Source: the human T2T-CHM13v2.0 reference genome, Homo sapiens
NCBI RefSeq assembly: GCF_009914755.1
Contig: NC_060940.1
Strand: one strand, 5' to 3'
DNA length: 64,000 nt
The notes under the pieces were generated by a model. That model was not told where the DNA came from and did not search any database. It worked only from the letters and a program-made list of their open reading frames with translations. The position numbers were made by a program, and so were the translations under genes. This document shows positions 1 through 15,659 of this stretch, piece after piece. How positions within the stretch are numbered: position 1 is the stretch's first letter; each line of letters begins with the position of its first letter.

Positions 1-78
1 CAGTGAGCCAAGATCGCACCACTGCACTCCAGCCTGGGCAACAGAGCGAGACTCTGTCTCAAAAAAAAAAAAAAGAAG
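1..78 (+). mobile_element. Alu 3' end with poly(A)
   Basis: cactgcactccagcctgggcaacagagcgagactctgtctc plus A-tail. Confidence 0.95.
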
Positions 79-319
79 AAAACACAAGTGCAAGTCCTTG
101 TGATCTCGAATCCAGCAACGGTTTCTTAGATATGAGCATACGACCTAAAGTCCATGCAACCTAGAAAAATATAAACCGTATTTCACAACAATTTAAAACC
201 CACATCTACTTCGAAGGACATCATCAAGAAAATGGGTCTAGTATCCAGAAAATACACAGAATACTTACAAGTCAATAATAAAAAGATGGATAGACAACCC
301 AATTAAAATATAGACAAAC

Positions 320-612
320 GGCCAGGCATGGTGGCTTATGCCTGTAATCCTAGCACTGTGGGAGGCAGAGGCAGGAAGATCATTTGAGCCCAGGAGTTCA
401 AGACCAGTCTAGGCAACAAAGTGAGACCCGTCTCTACAAAAATTTAAAAAACTATTAATAGCCAGGTATGGTGGCATGTGCCTGTGGTCCCAACTACATG
501 AGAGGCTGAGGCGGGAGGATTGCTTGAGCACAGGAGGTCAAGGCTTTGGTGAGTTATGATTGTACCACTGCACTCCAGCCTGGGTGACAGAGTGAGACCC
601 TGTCTCAAAAAT
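320..612 (+). mobile_element. AluJ-like element
   Basis: Dimeric Alu; TSD atatagacaaa at 308-318 and 718-728. Confidence 0.93.
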
Positions 613-634
613 ATATATCTGTGTTAGGGGGACA

Positions 635-652
635 TATCTATATATATGTATA

Positions 653-702
<50 letters not shown>

Positions 703-722
703 TATCTATATATCTATATATA
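635..722. repeat. (TA)n/(TG)n microsatellite in the Alu tail
   Basis: About 19 TG units at 657-695, inside the Alu TSD. Confidence 0.95.
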
Positions 723-1718
723 GACAAAGTATTTGAATAGACGCTTCTCCAAAGAAGTTATACGAATGTCCAATACGCACATGGAAAGATGTTCAACATC
801 ATTAGTCATTAGGAAAATGCAAATGGAAACCACAATGAGATACCACTCCATACCTGCTAGGATGGCTATCAGCAAAGTCACAGATGAAACAAGTGTCATG
901 AGGATGCAGGGAAATGGGAACCCTCATGCCTGCTGGTGGGCATATAAAATGGCAGAGCTGCTGCGGACAAGAGCTGGGCAGTTCCTCAAAACATGAAACA
1001 TGGAGTAATATATGATCCAGCAATTCCACTCCCAGGTGTACACCCCAGAGAAACGCAAACCTCTGTCCACACAAACACTTGTACACAAATGTTCATAACC
1101 ACATTATTCACAAAGTAGAATCACCGAAAAGCAGAAACAACCCAAAATTCAACCATCAAAAGAAATGACATACTGACATATGCCTCAACACAGATGAAGC
1201 CTAATACGGAGTGAAAGAAGCCAGTCATAAAAGACCACTTATCGGACGACAGCATTAAGATAAAATGTCCCAGAACAGGCAAATCCAGAGTCAGAAAGTA
1301 GATCAGAAGTCACCAGGGATTGGGGGAGACGGGAAGGAGTGACTGCTTAATGGTATGGGACTTTTTGCAGTGAATGTTCTAGAATGAGCAGTGATGGTTG
1401 CAAAACTCTGTAAATATATTAAAAACCACTGAATCGTATACTCTAAAAGAGTGAATTTTATGACATATAAAAGAGATCTCAGATTTTAAAATTCAATTCA
1501 CATATACAATGTTATGCTACTTAAAGGGAGACCCACCTGACACAGGTGCTGAAACCATTTTCGGGCCCTCATCCAGTGGGTCTGCTGTCCCTGAAGAGAC
1601 ACTCGGAAATAGCTGCCCTCCCCCAGGGACACGGACATGGGGACAAGTCCCCCCTTAATGAAGGGAAATCAGAGGTCATCATTTAAGAGGTGGCCAGTTT
1701 AGAGTTTCACAAATAACA

Positions 1719-1724
1719 TTTATT
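1719..1724 (-). terminator. Poly(A) signal AATAAA of C16orf95 (3' end about 1700)
   Basis: tttatt on plus, 220 nt after the stop. Confidence 0.8.
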
Positions 1725-1940
1725 GACCACATTCATAACAGAAACTCACCCACATTCACATGAACTTTGCTACAACCAAGAATCACCTGATGAGAAATCA
1801 TTTGGGTTGAATCCTGGGTGTGGATTCTGTTCTGAGAAGACAGCGACTGTCACAGACGCCTCCTGATTGGTGGACTCTCAAAGATCTTGATCGTGACACA
1901 TTTTTGTGGCTGTTCTTGACAGTAGCTGAAGATTCCAACT

Positions 1941-1959
1941 TCAAACCCCAAAACACTGG
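1941..1959 (-). CDS. C16orf95: C16orf95 exon 7 coding part (19 nt), QCFGV*; full CDS 720 nt / 239 aa
   Basis: ctctctttgctttccag| acceptor; the seven exons sum to 720 nt with no internal stop. Confidence 0.85.
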
Positions 1960-2904
1960 CTGGAAAGCAAAGAGAGACAGTTACTAGGACCCGGCCCCAG
2001 GCTGAGACCAGCTGCCCTCAGCGCGTGCCCTTGGGAAACCTCCATGAGCGGAAGGCAGAGGCGCTCCACAGTGCACAGGGCTGGAGGAATCCCAGGCAGG
2101 GAAGGGGTGCAGGGATGAGGGGTGGGGTGCAGTCCTGGCCATATCGCTTTCCAGCCGCAGGACTGGGGTGAGGCATTCCACCTGAGTGCCCACTCCTTCT
2201 GAAAAGGGATGATAATGCTGGCTTTGCAGAACTGTGAAGGGGACAGGTGAAATGAAGGCAGGTCTCACCCTGCTCTTGGGGGCTCCCTGCCAAGAGATTC
2301 TAAGCCCACCCTCTCCCCCCACCCCCGGCTGCTGTAGCACATCTCTCCAGGCCGGCAGACGGGCCGCCGAGGCTTCTCCTGAGATAAGCTGGGTTGGTGG
2401 CTTGGGGCATCTCACAGGGCACCCAAACATCCCAGCTGGACAAGCTGTGCCCTCCCCTGGGATGCTGGTTGGTGCCTGCTCCGCTGCCCTGGGAGCTTGG
2501 CTCAGAAGCAGACACCTGCTATGGAAGCATATGAATCACCAACACCACAGAGTGAGTGACTTCCTGGGTCTTTCTAGACAAGCTGTTGATAAGGACAGGA
2601 AGAGATGGGGCCCTCCAAGTGCCAGAATTCAGGGGCTGGAAAACAGGAAGCTGCACCAACATGCAGGCGGGTCTCCACCTGGACTGCACTTCTGGGGAAC
2701 TTCAAAACAAGAGCATGCCCAGGCCCTCCCCAGAACAGTTACTCCAAATCTCTAGACAAAGCCCAGGCATCTTTCTCTTTTTCTTCCCCTCTCCTTCCTT
2801 CCATTCCTTCCATCTTACCAAGTAATTTGAGCCTGAGGCCAGGGCTTAGCAATTCCCTTTTGGGCCCCCTGACCATCTACTTAACATTGATCCTTTAAAA
2901 TTGT

Positions 2905-3305
<401 letters not shown>

Positions 3306-4602
3306 CAAGTGTTCTTCTTTGCTTCTCCCAGTGTGGGTACAAAGGAGTCAAACTAAATGTGATCATCAAGCTGCCAAACATAAAAAGAAAGATAAATCCA
3401 CAAGAAAAACGACAAAGAAGGAAAGCTCTCGCTGTTGCCCAGGTACTGCTCATGCTCAGAGACCAAACAGAGCTCACCGCGCCCGCTCCTGGCCCCCTTC
3501 CCAGTGCATGGCCTGGAGAGGCTGGCGCCCAGGCCCACAAGGGACCCGTACCCCGATGCACATCACAGCCTCAACTGTGACTGCCCAGGGAGTGGGAGGC
3601 AACGTCCAACTCTAGGAGAATGGATAACCCAAAAAACAGGGGAGAGCCTCCCGCTCCCGCTCCCAGCCGTGGCAGAGTGACCAAGACCGGGCTAAGCTCC
3701 TGCTGTGAACAACTAGAAAACAGGACAGGACACCTGGCAGCTACCTGCAGACGCTGCACATTTTCTAGAATCTTCCTCTTGCAATTGCATGGAGGAGACA
3801 ACGAGCAAACAAGTAAATGCATGTAAATTCGACTGTGTGTGTGCGTTTGTTCACAGGTCTCCTCATCCATGCAGTGTGATGCAGGCCCCCAGGCAGGAAG
3901 GAGCTGCACTGGGCAATGAGGAGGAGGAGGAGAGGAGAGAGGCTTTGCAGAGGAGCCACCGCCTAGGCCGAGAGTAAAGGAGTAAGAGGAAGTAGCTGTT
4001 CCCCGAAGCCCAGCTGTGGCCCGGGGAGTGGCCCCGGAGGCTTCCTGGGGGAGGTATCCCAGCAGAAAGCCATGGCTGTGGGCAGCAAGGGTGCCAGGGG
4101 CGAAACTCGAAGCCTGGGCGAGGATAGGGACTAGAGACCAGGGGAAGGGGCTTTCTAGTATGGAGACTGGCGGCTGGGGCTCAAGCTGGGGACAGGCAAG
4201 AGGTCCCCATACCTGAGGGGGTGCTCAGAGCTCAGAGGCTGGAGGGTGAGTGGCTGTTAAGATGCACCGTCAACCCCAACATAACAATGAAAATTTATGG
4301 AAACTGGGACCCGTGTCCTTCTGGGAGCAGGGCCATTTTAGAACTTGGGAAGAGGGAAGGGGTGGAAGTGCCCCACGAGGCCCCCGCCGCCCCCAGGCTG
4401 CCCTGGCATCTCTAGGTGACGCGGGGCAGAGCCTGCGCTGTGCAGAGCACCACAGGACACACTCACAGTGCCGGGCCTTGGACGCCTGTCAAGTTAAGCC
4501 CCACCCCCCACTCTTCCACATCCCTGATGGCCACCAAGCCTCCCTCAGGTGGACGTCACCATGCCAGGGCCACCCACTGTCCCCCATCCCCCACCTGCTC
4601 AC

Positions 4603-4789
4603 CGAATGGCCATGATGACCCTCGGGATGGCCTGGAGGAGGGTCAGGAGGCCGAGGGGCAGCAGACGCGCTGCAGGAGCCGGTAGCTGGTCCTGGTAGGG
4701 GGCCTGGAGCTGCTGGAACTTGGACAACAGGCACTCATCACCGCAGATCCGCCAGCAGTTGTGCCAGCAGCATGCATCCAGCAGGGGTG
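4603..4789 (-). CDS. C16orf95: C16orf95 exon 6 (187 nt), (A)PLLDACCWHNCWRICGDECLL...RVIMAI(R); alternative frame HPCWMHAAG...CCPSAS*
   Basis: ctttgcctag| and |gtgagc; ORF 4599..4910. Confidence 0.9.
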
Positions 4790-6347
4790 CTAGGCAAAGA
4801 AAAGGTGGGTTGAGGACAGGGCGTGTTCTCCGGGACTCTGTGAGCCACGAGGAGGCTGCAACACCAGCCCCAGAGCCTCCGGGAAATGGGGACTTCCAGG
4901 ACCCAGCCACAGCCCCGGGGTGGGGACACTGACCCGGAGCTCACGAGATAAAGGCCGTCTTGCGGGTTTATGATATCCTGGGTAACGGCAGCCTTGGGGC
5001 TGTTTTTCAAGAGGCTTGCTCTTTTAGAACAGCATATGGAACATGTGCAATGTCTAGCTGGGACTTGTTTCCAAATCCTCTTTTTTGGAGCGGGAGTGGG
5101 TGGTGAAGATCAGAGGAACCACACTGGATAATGACTGGAGCCGAGTGATGGGCACGTGGGGCTGATTTAAGCCAATCTCCACTTCGGGGTATATTTGAAA
5201 TTTTCCATAACAAAAGTTTAAGGAAAGCCACAAGCACGGATGGAATTCCAACGTTTCCATTTCCTTGATGCTCTTCGGCACTTTCTACACGGGGTCTGGT
5301 CAGCATGTGATCCTCTGGATACTAGAGTTTGTTTTTATTTTTTATTACACTGTTAATATGCTACTAATATAAAATATACATTAATTATATTAATGTAAAT
5401 ATCATAAATATACTTTCCTTATGAAAAATTATGCCACAAAAACATAGAGGAGAAAAGCACCTAAGTCTGTCTTTACAAGAAAAAATGTAAGATCAGAAAT
5501 GTGGACTTTCTCATTAAAATGGAAACCAGTCAGATTTGCAGCCAAAGAAAGTGTCTCACATTTTTAAATCACTCCGTACTTGCGGCCAGAGGGAAGAACT
5601 GTCATAATTCTCCTGGCAGCAATGAGATCTGCTCTCTTAATTCTGTGCTGGGAAATCTTCTGGCGTGAATGGGTTTGAGGCTTGAAACATTACTTATATA
5701 AGTCACCTAAACTACAAAACAATGATTGGAGTAAAAATTAATGCCATTTTTATTTTAAGTATCAGATACCAGATGATGCATGTCAACTAAGCTTTTAGCT
5801 TTTCTTAAAAGATGCAAAGGTTTCAAAGCCAAAAATATTTAATAAAAATAAACCCAACATATGTGATTCTACGGTTCGAAGAGCCATAAGAGGTGAGCAG
5901 TTGGTTGGTGATTATTTGTTTCCCAAGCATTCCCCGACCCCTGCCTCTGGGGGTTCCACTCAAATCACTCACCTTTTCCAGGGACCCCAACTCCATTCAC
6001 AGATTTACTCATTCATAGATTCCATCAAGGCAAACTCACTACAAAGAGTTGGTGCACCAAGAGAAGGACATGATGCCAGCCCAGAAAACACAGACACGGC
6101 AGCCCTCCACAACAGAAAACACCTTCAAGATCAAGTCTAGCCTACTCCTTTTAGAGACAAAGAAAGTAATGGTGGGTGTGGAGGTCCTGATCTCCCCATA
6201 TACTATGTCATGAGAGCAGGAATACACATATGTGCCAGGTCACAGACAGATCAATCTACATACCAGGTCACAGACACACAAATACATAAATATACTTAAC
6301 TATGAATACATAAAGGGACTGCAAAAAGTTTGTAGAAAATGGAATTA

Positions 6348-6670
<323 letters not shown>

Positions 6671-7084
6671 AAAAAATATCAACTTTGTTTCTCAACATAA
6701 GCTCTACAAGGTCAAGACACTTTTGTCAGTGATGACACCAGCTACTTAGTCCATCTTGAAAGAGCTGAGGGTCCTGGGAATTTAACCACATCAATGCAGT
6801 CTTTTTTTACATCATTAACTGAAGAAAATGGGTGCCCTTTAAAGATTTTTTAAGATTAGAAAAGAAAGAAGACAGAAAGAGCCAAATCAGGACTGTAATT
6901 TGGCTGTAAGGTGGATGCCTAATAATTTCCCATCAAAACTCTCACAAAGTTGCACTGGTTTGACAAGAGGAATGAGCGGGAGCCTTGCTGTGGTAGAGAA
7001 GGACTCTGGTGGAGCTTTCCAGAGTGTTTTTCTGCTAGAGCTTTGGCTAACTTCCTCAAAACACTCCCATAATAAGCAGGTGTT

Positions 7085-7362
7085 GGCCGGGCACAGTGGT
7101 TCACGCCTGTAATCCCAGCACTTTGGGAGGCCAAGGTGGGAGGATCACGAGGTCAGGAGTTCCAGACCAGCCTGACCAACATGGTGAAATCCCATCTCTA
7201 CTAAAAATACAAAAATTAGCCAGGCATGGTGGCACACACCTGTAATCCCAGCTACTCAGGAGGCTGAGGAAGGAGAATCACTTGAACCCAGGAGGCGGAA
7301 GTTGTGGTGAGCCGAGATTGCGCCACTGCAAGCCTGGGTGACAAAGTGAGACTGCATCTCAA

Positions 7363-7400
<38 letters not shown>
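7085..7400 (+). mobile_element. AluS inside Hsmar2 with (AATA)n tail
   Basis: TSD aataagcag(g/a)tgtt at 7071-7084 and 7401-7414. Confidence 0.95.
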
Positions 7401-7405
<5 letters not shown>

Positions 7406-8160
7406 GCAGATGTTACCATTCTTTGGTCCTCCAGAAAGTCTACAAGCAAAATGCCTTGAGCATCCCAAAAAACTGTTGCCGTGACCTCTGCTCTTGTCCC
7501 ATCCACTCTTACCACGATGGGACCACGTTCAGCTCTCGATAGCCATTGCTTTGGTTGTGCTTTGTCTTCAGGATGGTACTGGCAAAGCCATGTTTTCACT
7601 CCTGTTACAATTCTTCAAAGAAATGTTTTAGGATCTTGATCCCACTTCTTTAGAATTTCCACTGAAAGCTCTATTCTTGTCTGCAGCTGATCTGGACACA
7701 ATGGGTTTGGTGCCCTCTGAGTGGAAGGTTTGCTCAACTTTGATTTTGCAGTCAGAATTGTGTAAGCTGAGCCAGTTGAGATGTCTACGCTGTTGGCTAG
7801 TGTTTCTGCTGGTAATCATCAGTCCTCTTCAGTTAGGGCATGAACACGATGAATGTTTTTTCTCACAAACTGATGTGGATGGGCTGGCGATGCAGGCTGC
7901 ACCTTCAACATCGCCTCATCCCTTCTTAAATGAGTCACCCATCTGGAAACTGCTGTTCTGTGGTACACTGTCACCATAAACTTGTCATAAAGCATCAGTG
8001 AGTTTACCATTGTTCCACTCAAACTTCACCATAAATGTGATGTTTGTTTTGGGTTCAATTTTAGCAGAGTTCATGCTGCTCTGATAGGGACTCTTTTTAA
8101 ACTGATGTCTTTTCCTTCTTAGCACCTCAAATTAGATCCTGTTCAGATATGTTATAATAA

Positions 8161-8585
<425 letters not shown>

Positions 8586-8608
8586 TAAACTTTTTCAAGG
8601 CCCCTCAC

Positions 8609-8870
8609 ATGAATACATATTGTATTGTGAATACATGAATGTGAGTATATACTATGTCTATCATGAACATGTGAATGTACATACACTAGGTCACAAATAT
8701 ATGAATGTATGAGCATACTATGTAATGAATAGATACATAATTATTATGTTTTGAATATACAATATGCCATGAATATATGAATGTATGAGTATATAATAGG
8801 GTACACATAGGAATATGTACTATGTCATAAATATATATACACACACATACTATGTCATAAATTATAGAAG
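8609..8870. repeat. Degenerate AT-rich minisatellite (tatactatgtcatgaata-like); related copies at about 6195-6312
   Basis: Recurring catgaat, tactatgtca and atgaatgtatgag motifs. Confidence 0.7.
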
Positions 8871-9180
8871 ATTAGAGCTTAATAAAACCACTTGAGGTCT
8901 CATCCAAGCCCAGGCGGGGAGTTGGTTTCATCCAGAGAACCGATGCTGGCAGATGGGTAGGGTCTGCCTGTAGAGCAGAGGTTTCTCTGGGCTCACTGGG
9001 GGAAGGCAGTGGGTGACCAGGGATGGCTGTTGAGCAGGGGAAGGGAAGCCACATTCATGTCACTGTCACACTGTGGGCAGGTGTCTGGTGATGAGAGGTC
9101 TGCCCCCACCATCATGATGCTCACGAACCCCACCTTTCTGGGGAGGGGGATGATATGAGACACACACACACTGGAGTTAC

Positions 9181-9217
9181 CTTGGATGCCTTTCAAACTC
9201 TGCTGCCTCCTGACTAT
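9181..9217 (-). CDS. C16orf95: C16orf95 exon 5 (37 nt), IVRRQQSLKGIQ
   Basis: tcttgtcttttag| and |gtaact; phase 0-1 links exon 4 to the long frame of exon 6. Confidence 0.85.
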
Positions 9218-10033
9218 CTAAAAGACAAGAATGGAGGCAAGCAGTCAGCCTGGCGACCCTCCAAGGGGGAAGGCCTGGTGATTGGGACTCCAAACCTCCA
9301 GGAGGGGCACTGGCCAGCTCAAGATAAAAGCCAAGGGCTCCTCCTTATGAGGTCTGCGGGCTCTTTTCTCTGAGGACAGCCTGCCACCCAGTAATGGAAA
9401 ACCAGCAACTGGAAGTCAGGGGGAAGGAAGGAAGCCCTTGTCTACCACCCAGGACACAGGGAAAGCAGGGGAGCGAGAGGCCCAGGGGGCTAGGAAGAGA
9501 CCTGCTGCCGCTGCCCAGAACTAGCGCTGTGGAGGCGGCCAGCAAGAGCAGAGAGGACAGGCCATCTACTGGTGGTCCGTCCCGGGCACCCTCCTTCCCA
9601 CCTCCCTCCATGCAGCCAGGGCCAGGGGAGAGAGTCAGAGGAGGGGCTGGGCCAGGGAAGGGAGGTAGTGTGGGAAGGAGGAGGCAGGGAGGTGAGAGAG
9701 GTCAGGGAGAGTGCAGAGGGGGAGGAAGAGAGGGAGGAAAGCAGCAGCAGCAGCAGTGGGTGCCAGAACAATCACCCCTCTGCAGAGAGCAGCGCGGCCC
9801 TGCCCTTCCAGTGCCAACTGGGAGACCTGAGCCAGCCCTCCCTGAGCCACACCTGCCCTCTGTGCTCCCAAGCCCATGGCCACAGCTGCCAGGGGATCTT
9901 CTCTGGACACCAGCAGAGGCCTTTGTGGGAGCAGAGCCCAGGTACCCCTCTTCCCCTTCTTCCTCCCATCTCCCCTTCCCCCGGCCCCCACCTCACTCTT
10001 CAGTTCTCACTGCAGTGTGCGCCTCCTCCTTAC

Positions 10034-10180
10034 CTGCTGCTGAGACCTCAGGACCTGGGGCACCCAGTAGGGCATCACTGCCTGGTCCCTAGGCATCGGG
10101 AGGCGGCCCCCAAAGCGGTGGCATAGGCAGGGGCACATCTTGGCGGTTTGGGGGATAGGAAATTGAACCGTCTTTTGACT
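10034..10180 (-). CDS. C16orf95: C16orf95 exon 4 (147 nt), SQKTVQFPIPQTAKMCPCLCHRFGGRLPMPRDQAVMPYWVPQVLRSQQQ
   Basis: tctctgttag| and |gtaagg; open frame; paralogous to exon 3; this frame is not shown in the ORF track. Confidence 0.9.
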
Positions 10181-10629
10181 CTAACAGAGAGGATGGGAGG
10201 AGAAGATTCAGAAGGGGATGGAGCCATGCCTGTCCCCAATGACTCCCTGATGGAGCCATCCCCCAGAAGATCCCCTGGCTGGGTCTTAGTATCAGGGCAG
10301 GCCCTGGAGAGCTGTTCCCACCCACAAGCACACCCAACCACTCCAGATATGGGACTGTGGTCTACCCTCTACAACATGCCCACTGTTGGGAGACACGGGA
10401 CCTCCGTGGCTCACCTGGCCTCCCTACCCACCATCTGCACCTGTGCCCTGGCGGAGCACACAGGTTGGTATTGGGAGACCTGGCTCTGTCCTGGTCTGGT
10501 GGTCTCCAGCTGGGGCCCTTGGGCATGACACTTAGCATCCCTGTGCCGCAGTGCTCTCAGCTATGAAGAGGGCTCTGCTGGCATCTTAACAAAGTTTATC
10601 AGGTTCTAAAATAGACAGCCTTTGATGCG

Positions 10630-10960
10630 GCAATTCCACTTGCAGGAATGTGTCCCATGAGGATACTTTCACATCTGCAAAGTGTCCTATGCACAGAAAT
10701 ATTTGTTGCACCATTGTCAGGAGTGAATGGACAGCCCGAATACCTTTCAGTAAGAGACAATAAATGACAGACATCGGGCAACAGGGTATAGGCAGCCTTG
10801 GGAATAATGGAACAGAGCTGTCCGGACTGACACGGAATAAACTCTGAGACAGGCTGTAAAGTGAGGAAGATGCAGCACCGTGAGTTCACTACACTACCAT
10901 TTGCATTTTTCAAAAAAGAATGTACATGCAATCACATGTATGTGAATTATTGCAAATTAC
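10630..10960 (+). mobile_element. Ancient L1ME-like 3' fragment
   Basis: gcaattccacttgcaggaat...atatttgttgcaccattg resembles the L1 3' region. Confidence 0.55.
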
Positions 10961-11170
10961 ACTCTTGCCTCAGTTCCTCACCCTCCCTAAAGCCCACCCT
11001 TGGCACTGTGACCCTGCAGCTTCTCCAGCGGAAAGACAGGGTGGTCCCACCTCTCAGCTGCGGGTTCAACGAGGCACATGGTTCGGGCAACAGGATGAGG
11101 AGGAGGTTACAGCAGGAGGAGGAGTTACAGCTCTGCACGTAGTGGTAGAGGCTATTAGACACGGGAGGAA

Positions 11171-13570
<2,400 letters not shown>

Positions 13571-13603
13571 TAGTTTTTAGAAAAAACTGTTTAAAAATCA
13601 CAG

Positions 13604-13730
13604 ATCCTTTTATAGTTCATAAGCATGATAACTGGGTACTCATGCACATGTGTGAGGTGTGCCTCCCTCAGACCTTGCTACAACGACAGCACATTACCCA
13701 TCTGACATGAAAATAAATAAATAAATAATA
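13604..13730 (+). pseudogene. U13 (SNORD13) snoRNA retropseudogene with A-rich tail
   Basis: atccttttatagttcataagcatgataactgggt...gcacattacccatctgac is colinear with recalled U13; box D CTGA kept, box C altered; (AAAT)n tail 13710-13730. Confidence 0.88.
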
Positions 13731-13854
13731 TCAAACTGTCTCCCTGAAATGTTAAAATATCCATTCATATAATACTTCTAATTCTGAGGGGTGACTGGTC
13801 AACTGACATTCACCCTGGACCCTAGGGGAAGACCTCCTGGTTCAAGTCACCTAC

Positions 13855-13980
13855 CTGCTTTCGGGGTCTCAGGGACAGAGGGACCCAGTAAGGCAGTGCT
13901 GCTTCCACCCTGGACACAGGCAGGCGGCCCCCGAATCTGGTCTGGCATTCACAGCAGATGGCCCAGGGGCCAGGGTGCAT
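13855..13980 (-). CDS. C16orf95: C16orf95 exon 3 (126 nt), MHPGPWAICCECQTRFGGRLPVSRVEAALPYWVPLSLRPRKQ
   Basis: ttactcag| and |gtaggt; within ORF 13822..14049. Confidence 0.93.
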
Positions 13981-14655
13981 CTGAGTAAGATCCAGAAATG
14001 ACAGAACTGAGCTTGATGCTGCATTTGCAGGGAGACAGGAGGCTCTCAAGCACAGTAGATCCGTGCTCAGGAAGATGGTGTCCGGGGGCAGGGTCCCCAG
14101 CTCCTACTGCAGCTTGGAAAGAGGCAGGCTACCGTGGCTCGCCCTGAGGCCTCCAAGGTCATTTGGAGGGGGATCCCCCGGAGCTTGCAAATCAGGTGCG
14201 CTGGGATTCTCAGCTGCTTCCTGCTGTGCTACAATGAGCAAGTCTCGTGGTCCCCTCTGAAAATGGGCATGTACAAGCAGCTCTAGAGCTTATGCGCACA
14301 TGAGTGCTGCCTTTATGGCCATCTGTCACACTCTGGTGTGCAAGAGCTTCCACATCCATCCCATGTGACCTTCGCAACACCCTCAGGCAGGAAGGAGAGG
14401 TGCTGCCATCACCTCCAGGGGCACACGGAGAAGCTGATGCCCAGAGCAGGTATATTAGGTGGCCTCCTGAACTCTGAGGTGTTGTGAGGGCCTGGGAGGT
14501 GTTCTGGAGGCCCAGGGATAGCTCCTGCAACCACACTTTTGTGTTTGGAGGATTCTCTCATGGGATGCAGCTTCTGGACCCACATTCCCTGCTCTCCTCA
14601 CCCCACAGGGGTATGTTGGGGTCAGGGCCAGTGGCTGAGGATTTGCTTTCCTTAC

Positions 14656-14707
14656 CGAATGACGGGGGAGGCACACTTCTTTCTTGTAGGTTTGAAATGT
14701 GCTATTC
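14656..14707 (-). CDS. C16orf95: C16orf95 exon 2 (52 nt), NSTFQTYKKEVCLPRHS
   Basis: tcttctcttctag| and |gtaagg; phase 2-0. Confidence 0.92.
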
Positions 14708-15659
14708 CTAGAAGAGAAGAACAGAAAAGCTTAGGGTTTGTGTAAACTAGGGGGCAGGGATGCTAGGGCACAGGCCTGGACCTGTCTTCTCAGAACTGAC
14801 TCTTAACAATAAAGCCCACGGGTGGTGGGGATGGGGGGATCCTCTGAGCCCAAGAAGAGTGAGAGGGTGACATCAGAAGCAGGCGTGTGCTAGCTCATGC
14901 GTGAATGTCTAGGGGCTCCTGGGGGCTGGCTGTCATGGAATCCTGCATTCCCAAGCCAACCAGCTTCAAGCTGACTCCAGCTACACTTGTGCTTGGAGCA
15001 TCAGAAAAGACAGGAGCATTCCAACCTGCTGAGAACTTTCCAAGACATGTAGCTGCCAATCACATCACCTAGGATGGTCTGTCAGACACCCTCAACTTAC
15101 TGAAATACTGAAGAAAAAACATCGTCAAACTGTCCATTAATGAACCTCCTTCCACTATAAAAACCCGGGTGCTTTGTCTCTGGGATGACAAAGCACTTGG
15201 GGTTACACAGCCTGTGTGGCTCTTCCCTGTTCCACTCCCCAACAAACTGCTTGAATGTTGGCTGGATGAAGCGTCTCCAGTGGGTGCAAAGCCCTGCTTC
15301 CCTGACAGTAGTGGGTCAAAGTGCTTTGTATGTGGAAACCGTAAGAGCGATATAAGTGTTTTTGGGTTTCATTGTCATAATAACCATTATTATTATTGCT
15401 ATTTTTGTGAGAGTAATAGGTTCACGCATCAACTCTCCCAGATAATGCTTGAAAACAGAGGATGGGGCACTGCCCTCCACAGCATCCGAGGCCCCTTCTG
15501 GTAATGACAGCACTGCTATATTCCTGGTGGGGAGGGGGGGGGCCACAGCCATCTCAGTCCTTGTAGTTCAGGTGGGCCAAACTCACCACTGCCCAGCCTG
15601 GAAAGCTGGGAAAAAAAAGAATCTCCTTTTTGTTGAGGTTGATAATCTGATAACATGTA

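Larger units (their letters stand above)
79..1485 (+). mobile_element. Old L1 (L1M-type) 3' fragment: ORF2 C-terminus plus 3'UTR
   Basis: FSKEVIRMSNTHMERCSTSLVIRKMQMETTMRYHSIPARMA resembles L1 ORF2; split by Alu 320-612. Confidence 0.85.

Noticed and set aside
733-996. 87-aa ORF resembling a real protein
   Set aside because: Decayed L1 ORF2 C-terminal fragment
7252-8074. Possible domesticated transposase exon (SETMAR-like)
   Set aside because: Multiple frameshifts and an Alu inside the catalytic domain; no intact ORF
9394-10126. Long plus-strand ORFs (232 and 184 aa) with Q/S runs
   Set aside because: GC-rich low-complexity sequence with (CAG)5, antisense to C16orf95 intron 4/exon 4; no recognisable domain
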